Below, piece by piece: positions 47,627 through 57,028 of a stretch of DNA of 64,000 nt (the first letter of the stretch is position 1; each line of letters opens with the position of its first letter). The translations under genes and the position numbers were made by a program. Under the pieces are notes generated by a model. The model ran no database searches. It saw only the letters and a program-made list of their open reading frames with translations, and was not told the origin of the DNA. This DNA is from a virus. Location of the stretch: positions 59,333-123,332 of IMG/VR virus record IMGVR_UViG_3300017748_000002; one strand, 5' to 3'.

Positions 47627-48613
47627 ATGGAGATACCCATGCTTGAAACAAAACACATTAACGATTTTTTATCAAAATCGGAAGTAGACGAAATCGTTTC
47701 TGCACATGTTTTATATAATAAACTTTTGAAAGAAGAATATATCAAAACAGATAAACATGTACACTTAGTGCAGTTTCAAACATCTGGATTCTGGTTCCTT
47801 GATGATTTAGATCTAGATCGATCTCCAAAGTTTGAATGGGATAAAGTTCATACCGAATATAAAATAGATGATGACTGGATTATGCCAGATAAGAAACCAG
47901 AGTTTCTACAATTTTTGCAAGACATAAAACCCCAATTAAATGTAGAAGATTTTCACAATCATCTTTTTGACTTACTTAATTCAAAAATTTCAGAAGTTGT
48001 TTCAGATCATGGCGAATTATATTGGTGTGCTCTTTATGACATCCCTTATAATTTTGAATTACATTGTGATGGTCGCGATGTGAAACGTAAAAGAGATCCT
48101 AGACCAGACAATTGGGACGATTTAAAATACGAAGATTGGCATCACGAAGATAACATTCAATATACTCGACAAGGATTGATTAATTTAGATGTCCATGATA
48201 GCCATGATGGTACTTGTATTTTCGATCAAAGTTTTCCATACTCAATGTATGTCGATTTTTCAAAAGATATGGAAGAATTTCCAGTTCTTAAAAAACAAAA
48301 ACCAAAACTAAAATTTGCTAAAGGCGATAGCATAGAACGCTATGGCACTGAAATAGCAAAGTTTACTCATAAAGAATTTGATCAAGACGATCATGATTAT
48401 ATTATGGAAAATTGTATTGATGAAAGCGTTTGGCCAATCGAAGCTGGATATGGATTAAGCTTAGAACAAATTCTTACATTTGATACTCCCGGCACAATGT
48501 ACAGCTGGGACACTACAAAATTTCATAAAACTAGACCATTTACCGAAAAATTTCAAATGGATGAAATTCGTAGGAGATTAACAATAGCATTTACTTGTGG
48601 GAGATTCACGTGA
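47627..48613 (+). CDS. Hypothetical protein, possibly 2OG-Fe(II) oxygenase-like
   Basis: LHCDG plus distal WD..KFHKT. Confidence 0.45.
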   Translation: MEIPMLETKHINDFLSKSEVDEIVSAHVLYNKLLKEEYIKTDKHVHLVQFQTSGFWFLDDLDLDRSPKFEWDKVHTEYKIDDDWIMPDKKPEFLQFLQDIKPQLNVEDFHNHLFDLLNSKISEVVSDHGELYWCALYDIPYNFELHCDGRDVKRKRDPRPDNWDDLKYEDWHHEDNIQYTRQGLINLDVHDSHDGTCIFDQSFPYSMYVDFSKDMEEFPVLKKQKPKLKFAKGDSIERYGTEIAKFTHKEFDQDDHDYIMENCIDESVWPIEAGYGLSLEQILTFDTPGTMYSWDTTKFHKTRPFTEKFQMDEIRRRLTIAFTCGRFT

Positions 48614-49053
48614 ACTTAGAACAACTTAGAGAAGAAATTGCCGAAGACGAAGGAGTAAAATATGAGATCTACTTGGACCATTTGGGTCTGCCTACTTTTG
48701 GTATTGGTCACTTGGTCATCGATTCAGATCCGGAACACGGTGAGCCAGTCGGAACAGAAGTTTCAGAAGACAGAGTCAACGAGTGCTTCGACAAAGACGT
48801 CGCAATCGTATTGTCTGACTGCGAAACCCTCTATCCAGACTATAACGAATTGCCCGAAGAAGTCCAACTAATCATTGCTAATATGATGTTTAATATGGGC
48901 CGGCCTCGTTTATCTCAATTTAAAGGAATGAAACGTGGAGTCGATGCTCGTGATTGGAACAGCGCTGCTGACGAAATGGTTGATTCTCGTTGGTATCGTC
49001 AAGTAACTAATAGAGCTCAAAGATTAGTAGATCGGATGAGAGCCGTTGATTAA
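48610..49053 (+). CDS. T4-type lysozyme (GH24)
   Basis: EDEG....Y.DHLG.PT.GIGHL, NM.FNMG, AA.EM..SRW..Q..NRA. Confidence 0.9.
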   Translation: MNLEQLREEIAEDEGVKYEIYLDHLGLPTFGIGHLVIDSDPEHGEPVGTEVSEDRVNECFDKDVAIVLSDCETLYPDYNELPEEVQLIIANMMFNMGRPRLSQFKGMKRGVDARDWNSAADEMVDSRWYRQVTNRAQRLVDRMRAVD

Positions 49054-49327
49054 TTTAACGGAAGCAGCCCAAGAATATATGAGTAAAGTAGGACAACCAA
49101 ATGTCTACCTGAGTGTAAAAGGTGGCGGTTGTTCTGGCTTTACTTATGTCTGGGATGTGACTGATAAGACACCTACTGTTGGAAACCTAGTGATCGATGA
49201 TATGGCTGAAATGTTTGTTATTGGTTGTACAGTTGACTATGTCACTGAACTAGGTGGATCATATCTCAAAGTAATTAATCCGAATGCAACTGCGTCCTGT
49301 GGTTGTGGAGAATCTTTTGCTGTCTAG
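49046..49327 (+). CDS. A-type Fe-S cluster carrier (IscA/SufA/HesB)
   Basis: GGGCSG and CGCGESF. Confidence 0.92.
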   Translation: MINLTEAAQEYMSKVGQPNVYLSVKGGGCSGFTYVWDVTDKTPTVGNLVIDDMAEMFVIGCTVDYVTELGGSYLKVINPNATASCGCGESFAV

Positions 49328-49368
49328 CTCATTATTTTGTTTACAACTCCTCCCAAATAGTGTATAAT
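49327..49368 (+). promoter_or_regulatory. Sigma70-like promoter for gp43 with conserved upstream element
   Basis: GCTCATTATTTTG-TTTACA-17 nt-TATAAT. Confidence 0.75.
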
Positions 49369-49390
49369 AGTTCATGTATTTGGAGGTAAT

Positions 49391-51880
49391 ATGTCGTTTT
49401 ATACTAACATCTGCCGTTATGGCAACACTATTCTGTACCGTGGTTACAATCAACACGGTAAGCGCATCTATAAACGCGATACAGAATTTAAACCAGTTTT
49501 CTTTACAGAAACAAAAACTCTTACTGAATGGACGTCACTAGACGGTAAGCGTATTGCGCCTATTGAAATGGCCAGCATGCGTGATGCGAAAGAATGGCTA
49601 GAATCAAACCGTGATGTTGCTGGTCGTAAGATCTATGGCAACGCAAAGTATCTTCAACAATACGTCACTCAACGTTTTCCACGCGATATTGAATTCAAGC
49701 GTGAATGTATTGATGTTGGTACCTTCGATATTGAAACAGAATATGACGATGGATTTCCGCATCCAGCTGAAGCATCTCAAAGAATTCTTTCAATTACTTA
49801 CAAGTCTAGTAAGTCAAAACTATATCACGTCTGGGGTTATGGCGATTTCGATACTGAGAAGAGTCTTATTCAACCTGTTCGCTATTATCGGTGCCGAGAC
49901 GAAGCAAGTCTCCTCGGTAAGTTCCTTGACTTCTGGTCCGATCCTGATAAGACTCCAGACGTAATTACTGGTTGGAATATTCGTTTCTTTGATGTTCCAT
50001 ACCTTATTAATCGTACTGCTAAAATTCTTAGTATCGACTCTTGTAAAGCGTTCTCTCCTTGGAGAATGGTTGATCATCGAGAAATAACTCGCCGTGGTCG
50101 GACAGAAATCGCTTATGATATTAAAGGTATCGAACAGCTTGATTATATGGAACTCTTCCAAAAGTTTGGATATTCCTATGGCGCTCAAGAATCATATGCT
50201 TTGAATCATATTGCCTACGTCGTTCTTGGTGAAAAGAAGTTATCATACGAAGAAGCCGGCTCTTTGAAAAATCTCTACAAACAAGACTTTCAAAAGTACA
50301 TTGACTATAACATGAAAGACGTTGAGTTGGTTGAACGCATCGAAGACAAGATGGGTTTGATTACTTTGGCTATGACTATGGCGTATAAGGGTGGTGTGAA
50401 CTATTCTGATACGTTTGGTGTAACGAATATTTGGGAATCGATCATCTATCGTAAACTCAATTCTGAAAAACGTGTACCACCGGTATGGACTCCTGATTTT
50501 GGCAAGTCTAAGTTTGCTGGCGGTTACGTCAAAGAACCGCATGTTGGCGCTCATGACTGGGTAGTATCGTTTGATTTGAATTCACTTTATCCTAACATTA
50601 TTGTTCAGTGGAATATGAGTCCTGAGACTCTTATCAATCAAGCTGAAATATCTGGTGTTGAATATTACATGAATTCTGATCCATACACCGGTGAAGGTGC
50701 TCTTGCTGCAAATGGTTCTACCTATCGAAAGAATATCGATGGTGTGATTCCCTCTATCATTGTTGACTACTATGATGATCGTAAGTCAATTAAGAAAATG
50801 ATGTTGGCAGCAGAATCTCAATATCAAGAAGAAAAAACAACTCAACTTGAGAAAGAAATCAATAAGCTTAATAACCAGCAAATGGCAATTAAGATTCTGA
50901 TGAATTCTCTTTATGGCGCTCTCGGCAATCAATACTTCAAATACTTCGACCTCCGACTTGCCGAGGGCGTTACTCTTACCGGTCAATTGGCTATTCAATG
51001 GGCTGAACGCAATGTCAATAAGTATATGAATGAAATACTTGAGACAACCGATATTGACTATGTTATCGCTATCGATACTGATTCGCTTTATGTTAACTTT
51101 GGTCCAATGGTTGAAAAGTTCAAACCAGAAAATCCAGTCAAATTCCTTGACATGGTTTGTAAGACAAAGTTTGAAACTGAAATCGGTAAATGCTATGAAA
51201 AACTCTTTCATAATATGAGTTGTTACAAACCACGTATGGAAATGGGTCGTGAAGTAATTGCTGATCGTGGTATATGGACCGCAAAGAAACGATACATATT
51301 AAATGTACACAACTCTGAAGGAGTACAGTACGCTGAACCAAAACTCAAAATCATGGGTATTGAAGCCATCAAGAGTTCTACTCCGGAAGTTTGCCGCGAT
51401 AAGTTCAAAGAGATCTTCAAGATCCTAATATCTGGATCTGAAGATGACGCTCAGGCTTATATCAAAAACTTCAAACAAGAGTTTAAATCGCTCCCTGCAG
51501 AAAAGGTCGCGTTCCCTAGGTCGGTCTCGAATATTACTGACTGGTCAGATCGAAAGTCTATATACAAAAAAGGATCTCCTATTCACGTTCGAGGTAGCCT
51601 TCTCTACAACAAGTTATGTAAGGACAACAAACTTACAAAGAAGTATGAGCTGATTCAAAATGCGAATCGAATCAAATTCTGCTACATGAAGATGCCAAAT
51701 CCAATTCATGAGAATGTTGTAGCTTTTCCAGAAGTACTTCCGCCTGAATTGAAACTCGATCACTATATAGATTATGATTTACAGTTTGATAAAACTTTCG
51801 TTGAACCACTCAAACTTATTCTTGACGCGATTGGTTGGAATCCAGAACCAGTCGCAAGTTTAGATGAATTTTTCGCATAA
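49391..51880 (+). CDS. gp43: Family B DNA polymerase gp43
   Basis: FDIET, SFDLNSLYP, KILMNSLYGALG, DTDS, KKRY, C-terminal clamp motif SLDEFF. Confidence 0.98.
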   Translation: MSFYTNICRYGNTILYRGYNQHGKRIYKRDTEFKPVFFTETKTLTEWTSLDGKRIAPIEMASMRDAKEWLESNRDVAGRKIYGNAKYLQQYVTQRFPRDIEFKRECIDVGTFDIETEYDDGFPHPAEASQRILSITYKSSKSKLYHVWGYGDFDTEKSLIQPVRYYRCRDEASLLGKFLDFWSDPDKTPDVITGWNIRFFDVPYLINRTAKILSIDSCKAFSPWRMVDHREITRRGRTEIAYDIKGIEQLDYMELFQKFGYSYGAQESYALNHIAYVVLGEKKLSYEEAGSLKNLYKQDFQKYIDYNMKDVELVERIEDKMGLITLAMTMAYKGGVNYSDTFGVTNIWESIIYRKLNSEKRVPPVWTPDFGKSKFAGGYVKEPHVGAHDWVVSFDLNSLYPNIIVQWNMSPETLINQAEISGVEYYMNSDPYTGEGALAANGSTYRKNIDGVIPSIIVDYYDDRKSIKKMMLAAESQYQEEKTTQLEKEINKLNNQQMAIKILMNSLYGALGNQYFKYFDLRLAEGVTLTGQLAIQWAERNVNKYMNEILETTDIDYVIAIDTDSLYVNFGPMVEKFKPENPVKFLDMVCKTKFETEIGKCYEKLFHNMSCYKPRMEMGREVIADRGIWTAKKRYILNVHNSEGVQYAEPKLKIMGIEAIKSSTPEVCRDKFKEIFKILISGSEDDAQAYIKNFKQEFKSLPAEKVAFPRSVSNITDWSDRKSIYKKGSPIHVRGSLLYNKLCKDNKLTKKYELIQNANRIKFCYMKMPNPIHENVVAFPEVLPPELKLDHYIDYDLQFDKTFVEPLKLILDAIGWNPEPVASLDEFFA

Positions 51881-51885
51881 AATGG

Positions 51886-51914
51886 TTTACTTTTACAGCA
51901 AAATAGGATATAAT
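51886..51914 (+). promoter_or_regulatory. Sigma70-like promoter
   Basis: TTTACT-17 nt-TATAAT. Confidence 0.65.
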
Positions 51915-51919
51915 ATACT

Positions 51920-52333
51920 ATGAATAAAAAATGGCACGAAGATATCTGGGACATGCACTACAAGTTTGGTGTACACCAGTGGATTATGGAAAACATTGAC
52001 GACAAAGAAAAGATGTCAAAGTTTCTAGAATTTAGAATGAAGTTTCTTGATGAAGAGCTTACTGAAACAAAGAACGCTGTAGAGAATAAAGATCCACAAG
52101 AAATTGTTGATGGCCTCATCGACTTATGTGTTGTGGCAATCGGTACTCTTGATGCTTTTGGCGTAGATGCTCAAGTAGCTTGGGATCAAGTTCACAACGC
52201 AAATATGGCCAAGAATCCGGGTGTAAAAGAAACACGTCCGAATCCACTTGGTCTACCAGATTTGATTAAACCTGAAGGATGGACTGGACCTGAACATGAC
52301 GACAACACCGGGCATTTCCCTCACGCTCTTTAA
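51920..52333 (+). CDS. MazG-like all-alpha NTP pyrophosphohydrolase
   Basis: EEL.E, EIVDGLIDL, VH.ANMAK, KPEGW..P. Confidence 0.75.
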   Translation: MNKKWHEDIWDMHYKFGVHQWIMENIDDKEKMSKFLEFRMKFLDEELTETKNAVENKDPQEIVDGLIDLCVVAIGTLDAFGVDAQVAWDQVHNANMAKNPGVKETRPNPLGLPDLIKPEGWTGPEHDDNTGHFPHAL

Positions 52334-53237
52334 AAATATATTCGATAACAAAACAAACAAACGCATCGATGCTCCAAATTTTGATGCGTTTGAACGCGTG
52401 TTATATGATCTTTCAAAAAAGCCTTTTGAAAGTAAAGAAGAAGCGATGTTAATGTCGCCGGCTATCTATGAGAAAAACACTACACGTAAGAATGATAATG
52501 TTGTTGAATGGGCTGGTTGGTGTGCGGTTGATGTCGATGATTACGAACCAAAAGGAGATCTAGAAGATGATTTGGTTAAACGCTTTGCTACCTATCGTTT
52601 TGTGTGTTATAGCACTGCGAGCTCGAAGATTGAGCAACCTAAATTCCGTCTCGTCTTTCCTCTTAGAAGACCAGTTGGAAAAGATGCAATCAAACGTTTT
52701 TGGTACGCATTACAATCCGAACTCGGAGATCTCGGAGACAGACAAACTAAAGATTTATCTCGTATGTATTACATCCCAGGAAACTATGATAACGCTTTTA
52801 ACTTTATATTCAGCCATCATGACGGGGCTAGTATTGATCCTTCTGAGTTAATCTTTAAACACCCAATGCCTGAAAAGACGAATCTGAATAACTTCTTTGA
52901 TCGTCTACCAGATGCTTTACAAGAACAAATTGTACAATATCGTAAAGATCAACTTGACCAAAACTTTGAATGGTCTTCGTATCATGATTGTCCATTTTGG
53001 CCAAAACAAATTGCTGCTGAATACCAAACAATCTCAAAGACTGGTTGGTATGCTAAGATGTATGCTATTATGGTTGCAGTTGCTGGTAACGCAGTACGTA
53101 AGAAATATCCAATTACTGCTAATGAGATCTCTCAACTTTGCCGGCAGTTTGACGAAGACACTGGTAACTGGTATAAGAACCGTCCACTTGATAAGGAGGC
53201 AGATCGTGCTCTCGAATACGTCTACAAAAATCTCTGA
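52296..53237 (+). CDS. AEP primase-polymerase-like protein
   Basis: VDVDD, YSTAS...KFRLVFPL, KDLSRMYY.P. Confidence 0.6.
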   Translation: MTTTPGISLTLFKNIFDNKTNKRIDAPNFDAFERVLYDLSKKPFESKEEAMLMSPAIYEKNTTRKNDNVVEWAGWCAVDVDDYEPKGDLEDDLVKRFATYRFVCYSTASSKIEQPKFRLVFPLRRPVGKDAIKRFWYALQSELGDLGDRQTKDLSRMYYIPGNYDNAFNFIFSHHDGASIDPSELIFKHPMPEKTNLNNFFDRLPDALQEQIVQYRKDQLDQNFEWSSYHDCPFWPKQIAAEYQTISKTGWYAKMYAIMVAVAGNAVRKKYPITANEISQLCRQFDEDTGNWYKNRPLDKEADRALEYVYKNL

Positions 53238-53247
53238 TGTTTTTAAT

Positions 53248-53670
53248 ATGGATATGTCTTTTAATATTGACGATATTCAAGATAAAGGCGAATGGTCTGA
53301 AAGGGCTTCATACGAAGCAACACAAATTCATAGTAAGCCATCAACTGCTCGTGGTAGAACGTTTAATCAAATATATGAAGCATGTTTGTATGGCCATGCC
53401 GCAGAACAATATCTGATTGAAACTGGTTGGGAAGATGACGAAAGAAAATTTAAAGATGTTATCGATCCTCAAGGTGATCCAGTAGAAATCAAAGTTACTG
53501 AACATCTAGGCAATGTTCCATTTGTTCTAGCTCGTTGTCAAACTGCCAAGCTTGAAACATGGAGAAATTATCCAGACATTGTCTATATTTTTATTAATGA
53601 TCGAAAATCTAAAGAATATATCCATGAAGGAACCTACGTTTGGAATGGAAAAAAATTCAAAAAAGTTTAG
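53248..53670 (+). CDS. Hypothetical protein, PD-(D/E)xK-like
   Basis: G.AAE...D......VEIK pattern; start uncertain. Confidence 0.45.
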   Translation: MDMSFNIDDIQDKGEWSERASYEATQIHSKPSTARGRTFNQIYEACLYGHAAEQYLIETGWEDDERKFKDVIDPQGDPVEIKVTEHLGNVPFVLARCQTAKLETWRNYPDIVYIFINDRKSKEYIHEGTYVWNGKKFKKV

Positions 53671-53675
53671 CATAT

Positions 53676-53717
53676 GCTCATTATTTTGTTTACGAATGAG
53701 AAAAAATAGTGTATAAT
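53676..53717 (+). promoter_or_regulatory. Sigma70-like promoter with conserved upstream element
   Basis: GCTCATTATTTTG-TTTACG-17 nt-TATAAT. Confidence 0.7.
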
Positions 53718-53742
53718 ATATCTAATAATTGAGGAGAATGTT

Positions 53743-54048
53743 ATGCAAGAAGATTATATTATGTCAGGTGCTCTTTATGATCATATCATGAAGCAGCGTA
53801 GAGAAGCTGAAGAATTCAGCAAGCAACCTGGGTGCTTCATGGGGATGATGCCTCATCCGTCTGAGACCAAGTATTGGTCGCAGCGTGTTCCTACTGGTAC
53901 TCTTATTGAGTACAAGCGTATTGAGCTAGAAGAAACAGCTTACTACATTACCGCAGATAAGACAAGTAAGTCTTATGCTCGGACTCTTGATTTTGAAGCG
54001 TGGTCCGATGAAAAGATCGAGGCCCATATCGAAAGGATGTGTGCGTAA
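53743..54048 (+). CDS. Hypothetical protein
   Basis: GAGGAG RBS, downstream of a promoter. Confidence 0.6.
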   Translation: MQEDYIMSGALYDHIMKQRREAEEFSKQPGCFMGMMPHPSETKYWSQRVPTGTLIEYKRIELEETAYYITADKTSKSYARTLDFEAWSDEKIEAHIERMCA

Positions 54049-54395
54049 TGAAATACTCACTCAAAGTTCTGCAAAAAGCTGCAGAAATTCAAACTAAAAA
54101 ATCTTCTGATTATCAGAATCCAAACTCACGGATCAAACAAGCAGACTACTATTGTCGTGGTTGTTCTACTATCCTTGACACTATGCATGCCAAAGTTCTT
54201 CGTATGCAGTCTGTTATGGAAGCTATGGAATCTGATCCAAACTATGGTCAAAACTTTGAATCGCTCGAAGATTCATGTATCGATCTGATCAACTATGCTT
54301 CTTTCTTTGCCTCATATCTTGCTGGTGAAATGGAAGGTCAAAAGCCTGATCGTGATTTTTTAAATCGTCCTAGGAATACTACAGATGAAAATTAA
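54048..54395 (+). CDS. Nucleotide-modification-associated (Nmad-like) all-alpha protein
   Basis: KKSSDY, K..R, ESLEDS..DLINY. Confidence 0.55.
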   Translation: MKYSLKVLQKAAEIQTKKSSDYQNPNSRIKQADYYCRGCSTILDTMHAKVLRMQSVMEAMESDPNYGQNFESLEDSCIDLINYASFFASYLAGEMEGQKPDRDFLNRPRNTTDEN

Positions 54396-54726
54396 TATTA
54401 ATGATATTGGTGGTGAAGTCGTCAAAGAAGACGATCGTTATAAAGTAGTTGACAATAAGACACTAAACAATCTTGTAGTAAGTAGTACTGACTTATACGC
54501 TTTTAAGGCTACTAGTGGCCATGCTCACGTTGGTCAAGAAGAAGTTTACAATTTTGTCAAAGGTTCTGGTAAGATGGAAATGATTGACTTGAATGGAAAA
54601 CACCACGACCAAGTTGTAAAAGAAGGCGATGTTGTTTTGATTCCAGATGGTTGGTTTCACCGAGTTCATGCTGGTCCACATGGTTGTTACTTTGTTTGTG
54701 TCTTTGACGGAAAGCGCAGTCACTAA
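54385..54726 (+). CDS. Cupin-domain protein
   Basis: GHAH..QEE.Y....G.G, GD...IP.G.FHRV. Confidence 0.8.
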   Translation: MKININDIGGEVVKEDDRYKVVDNKTLNNLVVSSTDLYAFKATSGHAHVGQEEVYNFVKGSGKMEMIDLNGKHHDQVVKEGDVVLIPDGWFHRVHAGPHGCYFVCVFDGKRSH

Positions 54727-54932
54727 TGTCTGAACTCAAAGAAAAAATTAATCAACGAATGGATATTCTCCAAAATTGGATGGAGAAAAATTATCACTTA
54801 AAACGACCAGAAGTAGTTTCAAGTCATATTGAATCAGTAAGTAAATTTTGGTCTATTTTATCTGAAGAAGATCGTGACTATATACAGTGTAGTCAACATG
54901 CAATTGAAGATCAAAGGGAATGGATCGTATGA
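54726..54932 (+). CDS. Hypothetical protein
   Basis: Translationally coupled ORF. Confidence 0.55.
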   Translation: MSELKEKINQRMDILQNWMEKNYHLKRPEVVSSHIESVSKFWSILSEEDRDYIQCSQHAIEDQREWIV

Positions 54933-55351
54933 AAATAGGATTAACTGCATCAACGTTTGATCTCCTCCACGCAGGTCATGTAGCCATGTTGAGAGAAGCA
55001 AAATCTCAATGTGACTACTTGATCTGTGCTCTTCAGGTAGATCCGACTTTTGATAGAGCTACAAAGAATGCTCCAGTACAAAGTATTGTCGAAAGGCAAG
55101 CTCAATTGGCTGCAATTAAATATGTCGATGAAGTCATTATTTATTGTACAGAAGCTGATTTACTTGATATAATAAACATGTATCCAATTAATGTGCGGAT
55201 ACTTGGCGAAGAGTATCGTCAAAAAGATTTTACTGGTAAAGACGAATGTCGTAACCGTGGAATCGAATTATACTTTAATAAACGAGACCACCGGTTCTCG
55301 TCTAGTGATTTGAGAGAAAGAGTAAAAGATGCGACAGCTAACCGTAAGTGA
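54929..55351 (+). CDS. TagD-like cytidylyltransferase
   Basis: TFDLLHAGH, ER......KYVDE, SSS.LR. Confidence 0.85.
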   Translation: MKIGLTASTFDLLHAGHVAMLREAKSQCDYLICALQVDPTFDRATKNAPVQSIVERQAQLAAIKYVDEVIIYCTEADLLDIINMYPINVRILGEEYRQKDFTGKDECRNRGIELYFNKRDHRFSSSDLRERVKDATANRK

Positions 55352-56009
55352 TATTCGTAAATTTTTTATTGGAGAACTAAATGATGAATCATACACCACC
55401 GACAAAACTGGACAAAAGACAATTGAACTGCTTGGCGCTTCATTTCTTGCAGACGAACCAGCCATTTTTGGTACTCCCAACCAAGAGTACATTGATCGAG
55501 AAATCGATTGGTATTGCAGTGGTAGTACTAATATCAATGACATTTATGGTGATGAGCGCGAACCTCCTGAAGCATGGAAATATGCTGCCAATAAACATGG
55601 AGAAATCAATTCTAACTATGGTCGACTGATTTTCGACGATATATATTATAGGCAGTACGAAAACGTTCTTTGCGAATTGGCAGATACCAATGATACTACA
55701 AGACGTGCTACAATGGTTTACAACCGACCAAGCATCTGGGCAGAGTACCAAGATGGTAGTAAAAACGATTTTATTTGTACTAATGCTGTCACTTATTACA
55801 TTCGCAATGGTGAACTCCAAGCTGTTGTCCAGATGCGATCCAACGATGTCGTGTTCGGATACAAGAATGATTATGCTTGGCAGCGTTATGTAATGGGATT
55901 AATTTGCCAAGATCTTGGTGGTGGTAGAGATACACTCAAACCGGGCAACTTAATCTGGCAAGTACAAAATTTACATGTCTATGAAAGGCATTTCCACCTT
56001 GTCAAATAA
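55329..56009 (+). CDS. gp42: dCMP hydroxymethylase-like (T4 gp42, thymidylate synthase fold)
   Basis: INSNYG, DFICTN, MRSNDVVFGYKNDYAWQ, LHVYERHF; Asp at the dCMP-specificity position. Confidence 0.85.
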   Translation: MRQLTVSDIRKFFIGELNDESYTTDKTGQKTIELLGASFLADEPAIFGTPNQEYIDREIDWYCSGSTNINDIYGDEREPPEAWKYAANKHGEINSNYGRLIFDDIYYRQYENVLCELADTNDTTRRATMVYNRPSIWAEYQDGSKNDFICTNAVTYYIRNGELQAVVQMRSNDVVFGYKNDYAWQRYVMGLICQDLGGGRDTLKPGNLIWQVQNLHVYERHFHLVK

Positions 56010-56436
56010 ATGGGATGAAAGATATTTAGACTTAGCCGCGGGTGTTGCTGGCTGGTCTAAAGACCCGTCACGGAAGATCGGAGCCGTGGCAGTTGGATCA
56101 AAGGGCAGTGTTCTTGCTCAAGGGTTCAACGGGTTTCCTCGTGGGATTAGTGATTCACCTAATCGTTATGAAGATCGCACGAGAAAATACGAACTGGTAG
56201 TCCACGCAGAAATGAATGTAATTTATAATGCGACTTATAATGGTGTCTCTCTTGACGGTGCTACATTATACGTGCACGGGCTACCAGTTTGTTCCGATTG
56301 TGCCAAAGGGATTATTCAAGTTGGCATAAAACGAGTGGTCATGAAAGACCAAGAGATACCAGATCTCTGGCAACAATCATGGACTAAAACAGAAGAAATG
56401 TTTAACGAAGCAGGAGTCGACTATGAGTTCATATGA
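55975..56436 (+). CDS. cd: dCMP deaminase
   Basis: SKDPS..IGA, G.NG, HAE.N, PVCSDC; start uncertain (TTG 55999 possible). Confidence 0.9.
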   Translation: MSMKGISTLSNKWDERYLDLAAGVAGWSKDPSRKIGAVAVGSKGSVLAQGFNGFPRGISDSPNRYEDRTRKYELVVHAEMNVIYNATYNGVSLDGATLYVHGLPVCSDCAKGIIQVGIKRVVMKDQEIPDLWQQSWTKTEEMFNEAGVDYEFI

Positions 56437-56632
56437 AGCTTATATGGTGAAGCGTCTTAGAGAAGAAGACGAAAAGGCAGGTATTACTATTCAACATAGT
56501 AATTTACGATTGACTAAAGAAGTTGAAGAATTAAAAGCTAGAATTAAACAACTTGAAACTGATATGGCATATCAAACAAAACCATTTGCTACTAGTCCAG
56601 AAGAACAACGAATATACGATTTGAAAACATGA
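56423..56632 (+). CDS. Hypothetical coiled-coil protein
   Basis: GGAG RBS, heptad pattern. Confidence 0.5.
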   Translation: MSSYEAYMVKRLREEDEKAGITIQHSNLRLTKEVEELKARIKQLETDMAYQTKPFATSPEEQRIYDLKT

Positions 56633-57000
56633 CACACGTATTAGTTATTGGACACAGCCCAAGCCCTTCTTCTACCAAGAGGAAGGGCAATCCTACATTA
56701 AACCGGCTAAACCGGTGGCTCGATGCATGTGATGTAAGAATATACAGCTTCACGAATCTTGCTCACTCGAGCGCCGGTTCTCTCAAAAAGGCTGAAATAT
56801 GTGATACTATGTTTCACGATATCTTTAAGAATTATACTAAAGTAATAACTTTAGGTAAAGAAGTGAAACAATATACTAATAAAATGGGCTACGATTTTTA
56901 TGAGCTTCCGCATCCAAGTCCGCTAAACCGTAATCTCAACGATAAAAAGTACGAAGAAGACGTAATTAAAGGTTTACAAAGCTTCATACATATGGTATAA
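56629..57000 (+). CDS. Compact uracil-DNA glycosylase-superfamily protein
   Basis: VIGHSP, FTNL, VITLG, LPHPSPLN. Confidence 0.65.
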   Translation: MTHVLVIGHSPSPSSTKRKGNPTLNRLNRWLDACDVRIYSFTNLAHSSAGSLKKAEICDTMFHDIFKNYTKVITLGKEVKQYTNKMGYDFYELPHPSPLNRNLNDKKYEEDVIKGLQSFIHMV

Positions 57001-57001
57001 T
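56973..57001 (+). promoter_or_regulatory. Sigma70-like promoter
   Basis: TTTACA-17 nt-TATAAT. Confidence 0.65.
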
Positions 57002-57028
57002 ATAAACACAATTGAGGAATAGTATATT

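Noticed and set aside
52897-53247. N-terminal extension of the 257-aa ORF
   Set aside because: It overlaps the primase-like gene out of frame; the real start is probably near 53206-53248
55329-56009. Ordinary thymidylate synthase
   Set aside because: The motifs match T4 gp42 (DFICTN, GYKND with Asp) rather than ThyA
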